A DNA stretch of 33,062 nucleotides, taken from positions 21,838,504 through 21,871,565 of the forward strand of contig NC_068994.1 in assembly GCF_001194135.2 (NCBI RefSeq), given 5' to 3'. The notes under the pieces are model-generated. The model worked only from the letters and a program-made list of their open reading frames with translations, was not told the DNA's origin and did no database searches. Below, in pieces: positions 20,946 to 31,734 of this stretch. How positions within the stretch are numbered: the stretch's first letter is position 1; the number at the start of each line of letters is the position of its first letter. Source of the stretch: Octopus bimaculoides. Lineage: Eukaryota. The position numbers were made by a program, and so were the translations under genes.

Positions 20946-21570
20946 GCTGTCTAACTCAAAGTCAGCCTCTGGTTAAGAAGGCTTATAAACATTGACATTC
21001 CACCTTTGACCTACCTGTCTTATTTTCTGGCAATCCTATATTAACTACACTATCCAAAGCAATGTTTTTCTTTTAAGACGATAGATTATAATTCGAGGAA
21101 GATGTGGTTGCTTTTCTAGCAACTCTTGTGACCACGAAGAGGCACCCTTTTTGGACCGCCCAGCATCTATCATTAACTGTATTGCTATTTAATGGTAGAT
21201 GTGACTTTATTAGGTAACATTAAATAACTTTGTTAATTGATGGCAGATGTAATGGCGAGTTCAGAACAAGTTTTATGTTGGTTTAAGGCGATGTTTAGTG
21301 AAAGAAGATATTTGACATGAAAATAATTTTTTTATAAAGTGGAAAAATGAGTGATGTTTATACCAATTCGATGACAGATGTAAAAAGAATTAACGAGCGC
21401 AGGAAGAAAAACAAGTCTCCGAGCGCTACGTCAATTCCACCTGGCAGACCTTTCAGTTCCCTTTACACCGTTCGTACGTTTGGAAAAGAACGAACGGAAC
21501 AATCACATATTTTGTTTGTAACACCACGAAAAGCTAGAAATAATAGCGAAATCTTCAAATCACACCTTAC

Positions 21571-21980
21571 CGTCTTAAATAAGGAAATGACACTAGATAA
21601 TGTAGTCTTAGTCACAACGGAAAAACGAGATAATTATGGCTGGAATGACTTTGATCATCTGCGCCTTTTAGGTGGATATGGGGCTAAGTAACAACAACAA
21701 ACTCGTACTTATGTTAGATATCAACAATACAAAATTTACGAAGAGAAACAATCAAGAAATAATGGAAACATAAGATTTAGTATAAACCTGTGAAGTAAAT
21801 CCGTGTTAGAAATGATTAAAACCGACACAATGTATTCATGTTGAGGCGTAAGAGGCTCGGAAATGAGCTTAAAATACTTGGATAATAAATTTCAATATGA
21901 AGGATTTACAATTTCGTGTTTAAAATCCAGAAGACAAAATGTATCGTACCTGAAACGGTGTAACGGGAACGAGAAAAATT
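21571..21980 (-). promoter_or_regulatory. Possible first (non-coding) exon/promoter region of the ZF gene
   Basis: CpG content visibly recovers from ~21300. Consensus-like minus-strand donors ACG|GTAAGG (21570) and CAG|GTACGA (~21949). Inference only. Confidence 0.25.
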
Positions 21981-22036
21981 ATGTCCCCAATTAGAACAAA
22001 TACCGGGATTGATACTGGCGAATGTGAAAGGTAGTT

Positions 22037-22424
22037 TATCTTTCATCTTTTGCTTGTTTCAATCATCAGACAACGGTCATGCTGGGGCTCTGCCATGAAG
22101 CATTCAGTCGAACGAATCGACCCCAGTACTTTTGTTTTAAGCCTGGTACTTTTCTTTTTATTCTTCTATCAAACCGCTAAGTTACGAAGACGTAAATACA
22201 CCAACACCGGTTGTCAAGCAGAGTAGAGGACGAACACAAAGACACACACTCATATATGTATATGACGGGTTTCTTCCAGTTTCTGTCTATCAAATCCACT
22301 CACAAGGCTTAAGTCAATCTGGGGCTATAGTAGAAGACACTTGTCCAAGGTGCCACGCAATGAGACCGAACCCGGAACCATGTGGTGGAGAAGCAAAATT
22401 CTTACCACGCAGCTACGCCTGCGC
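22037..22424 (-). mobile_element. Near full-length tRNA-derived SINE (CORE-like + Nin-like)
   Basis: Head GCGCAGGCGTAGCTGCGTGGTAAG...GGTTCCGGGTTCGGTC contains A/B-box-like motifs, followed by GGCACCTTGGACAAGTGTCTTCTACTATAGCC. Same organisation as 10331-10740. Confidence 0.88.
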
Positions 22425-22639
22425 GGTTGTAATTTTCTTTTTCCTGACTTATTTCTCTTTTTATATATTTCTGTTTGACTTTTAAAAGAAGTTATGAGAT
22501 AGTGCTGTTGAATTTCCCATTCATTCTCAGACTGGTGAAACTAACTACTAACCTGACCATTTGGAGTTCAATGTCAACAGTAGTGGTTCCCAGACTTTTT
22601 CGTAATGCCGCTCCCTTGGTTCCCAGACCACATTCCTGG

Positions 22640-23360
22640 CGCCCCCTGACAACAGGGTCTAGCCGCTGACCACAGAGCACACAGCCAATTCCAGCGACGA
22701 CACGACAACAACCTCATGGAGACTCAACCATCAGCTTTCGGCAAACTCCATCTTCGTCGCCTCCAGCTTCTTAGCGTTTACACCAACTTCTCTACATACA
22801 CACCAACCAGCAACGCTCGCACAACTTCTATTTTCAACACTGTTTGTGAGTTACTTCACCATGGCTAACAGCGAATACAACCCACGAGACCTCCTGTAAC
22901 AAGTGACCCGGCAGCTGCATTGAAGTCACAACTTCTTACATGACAGTGTGCCTCTCCCTGGCTCTGCTAGACAGCCTCAACTTCTTGTTACAGCTCCTCA
23001 ACTCCTGTGTACTTTGACTATGAACTGGTATTTACCATCCTTGTGTCTGGACTTTCTCTCAACGTCATAATAGACTCACATTATTTACATTTGACGGATA
23101 TTCGTCCTCATCTTGTTTGTTGTTAACACAACGTTTCGGCTGATATACCCTCCAGCCTTCGTCAGGTGTCTTGGGGAAATTTCGAACCTGGGTTCTCATT
23201 CCTGGGTTCTCTATGCTCTGTGCTTATTGCACACACATGCATCCGTGTTTGTATACACATACACTTTGTTTAGAAGATGGCCTGTCTATCATTATGTTTA
23301 TATGTCGCACTCACACACACATACATACATGTTGACATATCAATAAAATCTTCTCTTAAA
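22640..23360 (+). mobile_element. Degenerate truncated copy of the ~1.2-kb TGT...ACA unit family, interrupted by a PLE terminal fragment
   Basis: GGTCTAGCCGCTGACCACA, CAACTTCTTG...TATGAACTGGTATTT and GATGGCCTGTCTATCATTATG..TATATGTCGCA match 23365-24562 (reverse strand) and 26337-26460. Confidence 0.55.
23125..23170 (-). ncRNA. Minimal type I hammerhead ribozyme (Penelope pseudo-LTR type)
   Basis: Minus strand GACAC-CTGACGA-A-GGCTG-gagggtatat-CAGCC-GAAAC-GT-T-GTGTT. Stem I is 5 bp, stem II 5 bp, the catalytic core is complete, and stem III is the palindrome ACGT. Confidence 0.85.
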
Positions 23361-23364
23361 CCTT

Positions 23365-24562
23365 TGTAATAGAACGACCGTGCGAACCAAAGGAGAATGG
23401 CGACGAGACGGGAAAGGCTCCTTTTAACCATGTCGCACGGTCGAACACAAAACAAGATATATAACATAGAAGGCTCGTCGTGAGAGATACGAGCCAAGTG
23501 CCAGTAGAAGGAATCAGAGAGTGACAGACACAACCGTTATATATATACAAAGAGAGTAAGTTTATTAACACAGTGAAACTGTAGTGTCTGTGTGTGCGTG
23601 CATGCGGCATATATAAATAACACGGTAGATAAGTCAGGCCTTCGTGTACAAGAGTATTTATACAACAATATGAAATGACGGACTGTCGTATAAGCAAGAT
23701 TGTGTGTACAATATGTGAGAGTACAAGTGTGTGTGTGAGTGAGAGGAACACAGAACATAGAAAGAGTGTCTGTAATATAGACTGTAAAAGTCTTAACCAC
23801 TGAGATTGAGAAATACCAGTTCGTATATGAGTTACACAAGATATAGAATGTTCAATCGCAGGAAGTTGTGGCCAAGAGAGCAGAGCTGTGGCATCACATG
23901 TTGTGTGTGTTGAGGGTCGATGCTGCGACCGGTTACCTGGTATAGTATATTCTAGCAGTTTGGTTCTGACTGTCAACTCGTGGTGGAAATAATCCATTCA
24001 TACAGTGTAGGGATGAAACCGCGTTTGTTGTTGTTGGTGTGTACTCTGGTGGTGGGGTTGCTGGTGACGACATTGGTAGACAGTACATTAGTGGCTGTAG
24101 CTGTGTTCTGTATGTGTGTGTGGTCAGCGACCAGACCTGTGAGAGGTCTGAAATCGAAGACGACTGGCGTAGTTGGAGCTGGCTTATTTATAGATGAAAT
24201 AGGGTTCACCAGAAACGCAGAAAAAACTCTCTCTCACGTGAGCTTATTATAAGGCCACGATTGGACTGTATGCACCCTGGCGTGAAGCAGAACTGGGGAC
24301 AATTGCCGCGCAAATGAGAACCAATCAGGATGGTGGACACAAGGGTCCAAGGCAGCCGAAGGCTAGATGTTAGCAGCTTCGTTATCATTTATGATTGAAT
24401 ACCCGAGAGAGGTTTCACTATACCTTCTACCGGTTGTGTCTTTCTTTTCCGTCTGGCACTTATGCTCATTTATCCTCTTTTCGTATTTTTTATGTGTATC
24501 GACCGTGCGATGTACTAAAGGAGCCATTCCTCGTCACTTTTCCTGATCGCACGGTCCTTACA
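23365..24562 (-). mobile_element. 1198-bp TGTAA...TTACA unit with ~90-bp imperfect inverted termini and internal Pol II promoter core (solo LTR or Ginger-like non-autonomous element)
   Basis: The ends are related as inverted repeats. GACCGTGCGA occurs as an inverted pair at each end (23375-23385/23433-23443; 24501-24511/24546-24556). CCAAT 24260-24264, CACGTG 24235-24240, TATAAA 24187-24192 on minus. No clean TSD. Confidence 0.7.
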
Positions 24563-25503
24563 AACCCATTATTTTGCTATTTTTACAAAATGAAAGAGTA
24601 AATTTACATATCATCTGCGATCACGTTTTTTCATATTTTTACTACGATGGATGTACTTTGTGCAGGGTTATCAGCTTCCCAACGTCAGACTGAACGACAC
24701 TAAGATTCCCGTGTTCAAAAATTTTCAGTCTGGTTTCACTTTGCTCAGAAAGAATCGGGGCAGCTGTACAGAAACCTCGATCTACTGAATATGACTTCGG
24801 GAGGCAATAAAGTCAATTTCCACATTACAGGGTAGCAGTCAGAAAAGTCCTTTTGCAATTAAAAATCCTGATATGTTTTTTTTAAACTTTGGTCTCAGGT
24901 CAAAATCATTTTAAAGTAAAGCCAGTTCTTCCTCCACTATTTTTGTTTCTTCATTACTGACATGTAAGAATCGCCCAGACTGGTATTTTAAACAAAAATA
25001 AGTAGCCCGAGTCTGTCGAACATAGCTAAATCAGGTGTGGAGGATAGATTTGAATGTCTTCTTCTAGTATGCATTTTCCTTCTCCAGTTCAGAGAGGCTC
25101 TGAAACTGGAAGAACTCACTACGGCTTACGTTACATTTAAAAAACTTTGACTAGGGCAGAAACGTGGAGAAAGCTGATTTTACCTTGATAAGGTTTAACC
25201 TCATTTCCTTGCAGTTACAAAGTTAATGTCATTGAGCTTGGTGAGTCTGCGTGATGTTTCTTAATTCATCAAAAAGAGCAGAATTAGAATCTTGCAAGAA
25301 TTTTTAACAGGTTGATTAATATGTCTCAGGCCCTGCTATAGTTACAATTTTCTGGTTCCAATGAGTCGTATGGAAAGAAATATAAGTGGAAAGAAATATA
25401 AGAAAACAAGTTGCAATTAAGTGCTACGTTTTATTCAACGTTAAATAAATTGGTACAGCAACAGGTAGGTCACATCATGACGACACTGTTTGAAGAAAAT
25501 ATA

Positions 25504-26660
25504 TGTAGTGAAACTACCTATCGCCATTAGATATAAAACTACTATCGCCATTACATACAATCTTCTCATTTAAATATAAACAAGCGCGAGCGTAGCGGAG
25601 AACCCATTCCTTGTCATCACGTGACTGATTATTATTCGAATCGGCAACTTCTTCGAACCGTTCCCGCCAGAACGCAAACTGACCAATCACGGCCCCTAAT
25701 AAGGTCACGTGATAGAGTATTTTTCTGAAGCCTTCGGGAGCCGATAATTCGCTATAAATAGATCAACTCATACCCAGCANNNNNNNNNNNNNNNNNNNNN
25801 NNNNNNNNNNNNNNNNNNNNNNNNNNNNNNNNNNNNNNNNNNNNNNNNNNNNNNNNNNNNNNNNNNNNNNNNNNNNNNNNNNNNNNNNNNNNNNNNNNNN
25901 NNNNNNNNNNNNNNNNNNNNNNNNNNNNNNNNNNNNNNNNNNNNNNNNNNNNNNNNNNNNNNNNNNNNNNNNNNNNNNNNNNNNNNNNNNNNNNNNNNNN
26001 NNNNNNNNNNNNNNNNNNNNNNNNNNNNNNNNNNNNNNNNNNNNNNNNNNNNNNNNNNNNNNNNNNNNNNNNNNNNNNNNNNNNNNNNNNNNNNNNNNNN
26101 NNNNNNNNNNNNNNNNNNNNNNNNNNNNNNNNNNNNNNNNNNNNNNNNNNNNNNNNNNNNNNNNNNNNNNNNNNNNNNNNNNNNNNNNNNNNNNNNNNNN
26201 NNNNNNNNNNNNNNNNNNNNNNNNNNNNNNNNNNNNNNNNNNNNNNNNNNNNNNNNNNNNNNNNNNNNNNNNNNNNNNNNNNNNNNNNNNNNNNNNNNNN
26301 NNNNNNNNNNNNNNNNNNNNNNNNNNNNNNNNNNNNTCTCACATACACATACATGTATCACTCACATACATACTTTTCTTTGTTCGACGGCCTGTCTTTG
26401 ATTATGTTCTTATATGTCGCATTCACACTCTCACACAGACATACATTCTAACGCTACAATAAATATTTCTGTTATTCATCTTATACGGTTGTGGTCTTTC
26501 ATTACTGGTCATCTATGTTATCGTAGTATAACATATCATGTATATCATCTTAGATATATTATTTTGTGTTCGACCGTGTGACGCGAATAAATAAAAGGAG
26601 TCCTCTGTTTTCCCATTCGTCACCATTTCTCCTTTTTGAGTTCGCACGGTCGTTCTTACA
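25504..26660 (+). mobile_element. 1157-bp TGTAG...TTACA unit of the same family, inserted in the hAT fossil (interior in gap)
   Basis: 4-bp TSD TATA (25500-25503 / 26661-26664). CCAAT 25683, CACGTG 25706 and TATAAA 25753 have the same spacing as in 23365-24562. The 3' end matches 8690-8966 and the reverse complement of 23365-23455. AATAAA lies ~70 nt from the 3' end. Confidence 0.75.
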
Positions 26661-26688
26661 TATACATATTTGCTTCTCAAATCAGTGA

Positions 26689-27088
26689 TGTGTGCTGGGC
26701 AGACAGGAACAGAAATACGTGACATCCCTTCTTGAAGTCTCTCATATCAACTCTGCATACAAGTGCATGGTAAAGAGGAACGTGCGTAACGCGTGAAAAC
26801 TACCTGCAAATAACTCTCCTTTCTCTGTGCTTTCTCCCTACCGCACTGGTGAAAATAGGAAAGATCCTCTATTTAAAGATGAGTAGGGACTCCAAAGAGC
26901 AAACACATTTTGCCGCGCTTGGTTGGTCCGCCAAGTAATACAAATGGATAATTAACGAAACCAATCTCAGCAAAAGGACTTGGCCAATGTGTTACACCAT
27001 GACATGATCAGGTTACGTGACTAATCACAGAAAAACAGCGTATGAGCCATTTCCTGACTACTTAAGCCTAGTCAGTCAATGTATGACA
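26689..27088. mobile_element. Second ~400-bp insertion in the hAT fossil, LTR-like
   Basis: Interrupts the transposase homology, ends TGACA and contains several CCAAT-like motifs. Left boundary and TSD are not resolved. Confidence 0.3.
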
Positions 27089-28014
27089 GGAGTCTCGCTA
27101 CAAATTCAATAACTGTTTTAAAAAAGGAATAGAAACTTTCAGGCAATTTTCCATTACCATCTATCGAATTTCTGTATGTAACAGTAATAGTCCAAAATCT
27201 TTATTAATGTAGAGTTGTTGAAACAGTGAGGAATTGAGAGCATGTGCCTGGATTTTATTTAGAGCTGTGACAACAGTGTTCAACGATTTGTTAAGTCTAC
27301 CACTTAGGTTATTTGCAACGTGTGCAAGCACACTAGTTATAACATTTTCAATAAACTGATAAATGATATCCCATTTACTGCTCAAAAACGAAATACTGGC
27401 GACATTTTGCATCTGTTTCTTGTGGTCCAAGATGTTTTGTGAAAATGCAAAGGTCAGTTGGAGTGTCTGATTTTTTTTGTTCTATCTCGATTGCATATTT
27501 TTTAATGTTTCTTTTTATAGTTTTATTATCGGTGTATAACATTTTATTTGATTAATGTACTTATTTTTATGTTTTATAATGGTTTGTTTTATTTTTTACT
27601 TTCGATTCTTTGTATTAATTATCTTGTTTATTGAAATGAGTTCTTCATTGTATCTCAGTTCCTTATGTAGCACACTACAACCACCAGAATGGATTGTTAT
27701 GGAAACAAGCGAAACGGTGAATAAAAACGAGGTACCTTATGAAAAGTCACCTGAAGGGACACATTTGCACCTATGATGCACCACAATTGTTTTCACATCT
27801 CACCTGCGAATTACCGGTGCATGATGGACCGAAACGACTATAGAGAATAAAGTCTCGTGAATTCCACTTTTTTCTCTCATCTTTTTATAAACTCTACAGA
27901 CACAAAGGAATTCTCGAAGTAAATCCAGTGGCATATACCTCCATACTGTTGACATCAGGTAACCGAATACTGTCAACGGGCTTTAATTGGCATACTACAA
28001 CATGTATACCTGAA

Positions 28015-28125
28015 ATTCAGCCGAGGTCGACTTCGTCTTTCATCCTTTCGAGGTCGATAAAATAAGTACCAGCCGAGTACTGGGGTCGATGTAATCGACT
28101 ATCCCCTCCCCCAAATTTCAGGCTT
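28015..28125 (+). mobile_element. Nin-domain SINE fragment
   Basis: GCCGAGGTCGACTTCGTCTTTCATCCTTTCGAGGTCGATAAAATAAGTACCAG..GAGTACTGGGGTCGAT. Confidence 0.75.
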
Positions 28126-28126
28126 T

Positions 28127-28920
28127 GTGTCTGTCGCCTTTCTCGACATTTCGGTCAGCATTCATCACTCTCCTCTCACCACCTCCATCCACTACAAACA
28201 CACCGACTCACACTCATGCCTCAACTTCCCCTCCTCCCACCTTAAACATACCAAGCTCTCCATCCCTTACTCCCAATTCCTTCGTCTGCGCAGGATCTGT
28301 AGTGACAACCATAACTTTGGAGACTCAGTCTCAACTCATGGCTCGCCACTTCATCCTTCGTGGATATCCCCTTACCACTATCCACACCGCCCTTGCCAAA
28401 GCACGTTCCGTGGACCGTGCATCTGCTTTCTCTCCCTGCACCCGCTCCGCCGATACCCGTCTCTCGTTTCCCCTCACCTACCACCCATCCACCTTGCCTC
28501 TCCAACACACCATTCTCCGAGCCTTCCGGCGACTCTAGTCCGACCCCTCTACTTCGCACATCTTCCCTAACATACCCCTCCTCTTCTTCAAACGAGCCCA
28601 CAACCTACGTGACCTCCTGGTCCACAGTTTCTTCCCTAAGCCCACCTCCCAACCCGGCTCGTTCCCAGGCTCCCACCCACGCTTCCGCACTTGCCCCTAC
28701 CTCTCCCACACCACCATCCTCACAGGCATCCACCATCGTCCCTATTATATCACTGACTCCTTCACCTGCACTTCTAGCAACGTCATTTACTGCAACTCCT
28801 GCTCTCTCTGTCCTCTGTATATCGGTCAAACGGGACGTCGCTTGGCTGACCAGTTTGCGGAACACCTCCGATACATCAGACTCGGTAATGACACTCCGGT
28901 CTCGTGCCATTTCCGCTCTA
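28127..28920 (+). mobile_element. Penelope-like element (Neptune-like): RT thumb, Cys-linker and GIY-YIG N-part, frameshifted
   Basis: FLDI...YKHTDSH.CLNFPSSH...IPYSQFLRLRRICS...RGYP...LTYHP, then NLRDLLVHS...RTCPY...SFTCTSSNVIYC..CSLCPLYIGQTGRRLADQFAEH. Confidence 0.9.
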
Positions 28921-28924
28921 CTAA

Positions 28925-29594
28925 TAAACTTTTTACACGAGCTGTTCGCAAGATTTGGTATACCGGATATAATTGTCTCTGATAACAGAACACAGTATCC
29001 TGTGAGTTTAAAGGATTCTGTGAGATGTTCAAGTTAGAACATAAAACTATTGCACCGTATCACCCTAGATCGAATGGAAGGGCCGAGCGGTTCGTGGACA
29101 CTTTTAAGAGAGCTTTAAAGAAAGCTAACAAGGAAGACACGAACGAGATTGCGATCCAACAATACTTAAGGGTGTGCAGGGTAACACCGAACCCAAATAT
29201 GCCAGAAGGAAGTTTACTAGCAGAATTAATGTTTGCCAGAAAGGTGAAGTCAGTATTCGATAAACTGTTACCAGTGAAGATAAAAATACATACTAGTAAA
29301 GGCATGCAAAAATTCTTTAGAATAGGTGATAAGGTATATGAAAGAATGTACAAAAATGGGAAGCAATACTGGGAAGAAGGAAAAATTGTTACATACATAG
29401 GAAGAATGATGTATGGTGTAAGAAACAGAAATGGAATGGAAAGGAGACATAGAAATCAGCTTAAGGAAAGAGTCATAGAAAAGGAACCAACAACTGTAGA
29501 AATATCGGTGGATTGGCTATATGACACTTTTCAGGTTCCAACACCGTTACAAGAAGTCGAAACCACACGTACAAAGAAAAGAAAGAACACTTAA
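28925..29594 (+). mobile_element. Gypsy/Ty3 integrase C-terminal half (rve core and C-terminal domain), frameshifted
   Basis: LFARFGIPDIIVSDN...PYHPRSNGRAERFVDTFKRAL...AELMF.RK...GDKVY.R.Y...W..G.I...G..MY.V...RRHRNQL. Confidence 0.92.
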
Positions 29595-29692
29595 TTCCTA
29601 AAAGTATACCCGAAGAATAAAAGATATTGAATATATATAAAAACGGAGGCAGTAGGGTGAATAAAATAAATTGATTGTTAAATAAAATAATT

Positions 29693-30034
29693 GAAAAGGG
29701 AGATGTATAGTAAAACTGTACGCCCCTCCCGGTAAAAAGTGGTAGTAGCCAGCCATTATAAATAGACCAGTAGCCGGTCGACAGGGAGAAGGTCGAGAGT
29801 ACGTGTAGACTGTGCTGATAGCTGTGTCTGTTCTGATATAGTAATTATACTGTGATACTGAGTAGACATTATATCGACCCATCCTTTTGAGGATAATAAC
29901 ACTGTACGACTGGGGGTCGTACAGTGTCAGATAGAAAGATTCTATCGACGACTTCGGACTGTAACAATATCTGTCAGAGCGACAACTGTCATCAAAAGAC
30001 AGATAAAGCAGTGACAAAAGACCGCATTACAACA
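29693..30034 (+). mobile_element. Polypurine tract plus 331-bp 3' LTR of the Gypsy element
   Basis: PPT GAAAAGGGAGA (29693-29703) abuts TGTATAG (29704). TATA box at ~29757. Ends ATTACAACA (30034). Confidence 0.8.
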
Positions 30035-30096
30035 GTCATGTTTAGAGGAAAAAAATTATTGAAATGATATAAATTAATGCATTCTATTATTCAAAT

Positions 30097-30310
30097 TTAA
30101 AAAAAAAGAAAACGTTGTTTGTGTAAGCAATTATAGCTTCTTTCTTGTTTAGTGTTAACTAATTTATTTTTCGAAGTTAATATTTGGTGTAATTCCTCCA
30201 GGCATAAATTGCATCTTTCGTCCCCTATTTTATAAGGTTTTGCAGTACTAATAATTTCCCGTTTTAATGAATATTTAATGCTTTCATCCATAAGTGACAA
30301 TATAGGCTTG
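30097..30310 (-). mobile_element. Penelope-like element extreme C-terminal remnant
   Basis: IISTAKPYKIGDERCNLCLEELHQI...N.KQE....CLHKQRFLF, the C.LC..E...N.R.E...C.H tail of the same PLE type as 6425-6760. Confidence 0.75.
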
Positions 30311-30399
30311 TTGACTTGTTGAAAATTTTCTAGTATTATTTCTAAACGAACTTTCATGATTTGCTCCTGCAGCATTACGACTGTGTGTTGAAATAACTA

Positions 30400-31665
30400 A
30401 TGAATCACTCAAATGTGAATGTGATATACCTCGATTTGGCAAAGGCCTTTGATAAGGTTGATCATGGAATGATACACCACAAGCTACGGAGACTCGGCAT
30501 AGTCGGAAAACTGGGAGAGTGGTTACATATCTTCTTAATTGACAGAAGCCAGGCTGTGACAGCCAATGGGGCCCTTTCCAAGGAGACAGTAATAGCATGT
30601 GGAGTGTCTCAAGAAACTGTTTTGGGGCCACTACTGTTTATGGTGGCTCTTTCGGATATGCCATCAGTTACACAGACAGCCACACTTACTAGCTATACCG
30701 ACTACACAAAAGTAGTACGAGCAGTCAAACAACCTCTCGATGCTAATCTACAGAAAGACCTAGATGCCATATATAAATGGACTGAAGAAAACATGCAGTT
30801 TAATGCAGGAAAGTTCCAAATCCTCTGCTATCAGCTAGTTTGTGCTAATGTCCCACAACAAATGTACTTTGAAACAAAAGGAGCAACAATCCCAGAGTTA
30901 AGTGCAGTGTGTGATCTGGGGATTGATATGAACAATAACGCCTCGTTTCACGTACATATCACCAAAATAGTACCAATGTGCAGGCAGATGACCGGATGGA
31001 TTCTGAGAACTTTCAGAACAAGGGGCCAGGAACTATGCTGGTTCCATAGAGGACATTTGTACTCAACCGCCTGGACTACTTCTCTCAACTTTGATCACTC
31101 TACAGTGTCAAATTAATAGCGGAACTTGAAGCGGTTCGGTGGCGCAACACAAGGAAAATTGCATCAATGGAACAACTGTGCTTCTGGGAGAGACAGAAAG
31201 AGGTACAACTCTACTCTCTGGAGCGAAGATGGAAGAGATATGCAGTGATATATGTGTGAAAGATCCTGGAGGGGCTGGCATCAAATTTTGGCAGCAAGAG
31301 CTGTACCAACCCCCAAACTGGACATTACTACACGGTTCCAAAGGTCCCAGTCATCCCATCGAGATTGAGAACCATGTACTGCAATAGCTTGGAATTCAAG
31401 GACCCATGGCTATTTAGTACCTTGTCAAAATATCTGAGAGATCTGCATGAAGTTGGAGTGGATGCTTTCAAGAAACAACTCAATCTCCTGTTGTCCAAGG
31501 TCCCAGATGAGCTTAAATCATGGCAAGAAACCCAAAATAGGGCAGCAATATCGAACTCCCTCTTTCACCTAAAGCCAATCATATAGGAATGGCTGTTAAA
31601 AAAGTAATAATATTAGCGATGCCTCAGTATGACCACAGCCTTTGGGCTGAAATGCATAAAAGAAT
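30400..31665 (+). mobile_element. 5'-truncated CR1/L2-group LINE (RT domain to 3' end), degenerate
   Basis: YLDLAKAFDKVDHG...GVSQETVLGPLLF...YTDYTKV (degenerate YADD)...CDLGI. C-terminal FKKQL..LLSKVPD...SNSL is followed by a short 3' UTR and an AAAGAAT-rich tail. Confidence 0.88.
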
Positions 31666-31734
31666 AAAAGACTAAAAGAATACACATACACACATACAAT
31701 ATATACACACACATGCCACACAAAAGACTTATGG

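Larger units (their letters stand above)
24640..27440 (-). mobile_element. hAT (Buster/Charlie-like) transposase fossil split by later insertions
   Basis: NLSGRLNKSLNTVVTALNKIQAHALNSSLF...LLLHTEIR..GNCL..TVIEF (27430-27090) continues as HDVTYL, LQGNEV.LIK, EEEL...PKFK..YQDF, VDRGF and HKVHPS (25500-24640). Confidence 0.8.

Noticed and set aside
21347-21691. 114-aa plus-strand ORF with ATG
   Set aside because: No recognisable motif; it overlaps the putative promoter region and its length is compatible with chance.
23356-23997. 213-aa minus ORF inside the 1.2-kb unit
   Set aside because: Runs through CA-rich low-complexity sequence and is not open in the homologous copies.
27770-27850. ATGCACC/GGTGCAT hairpin followed by GAAAC as a third hammerhead
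   Set aside because: No CUGANGA core and no stem I/III can be formed.
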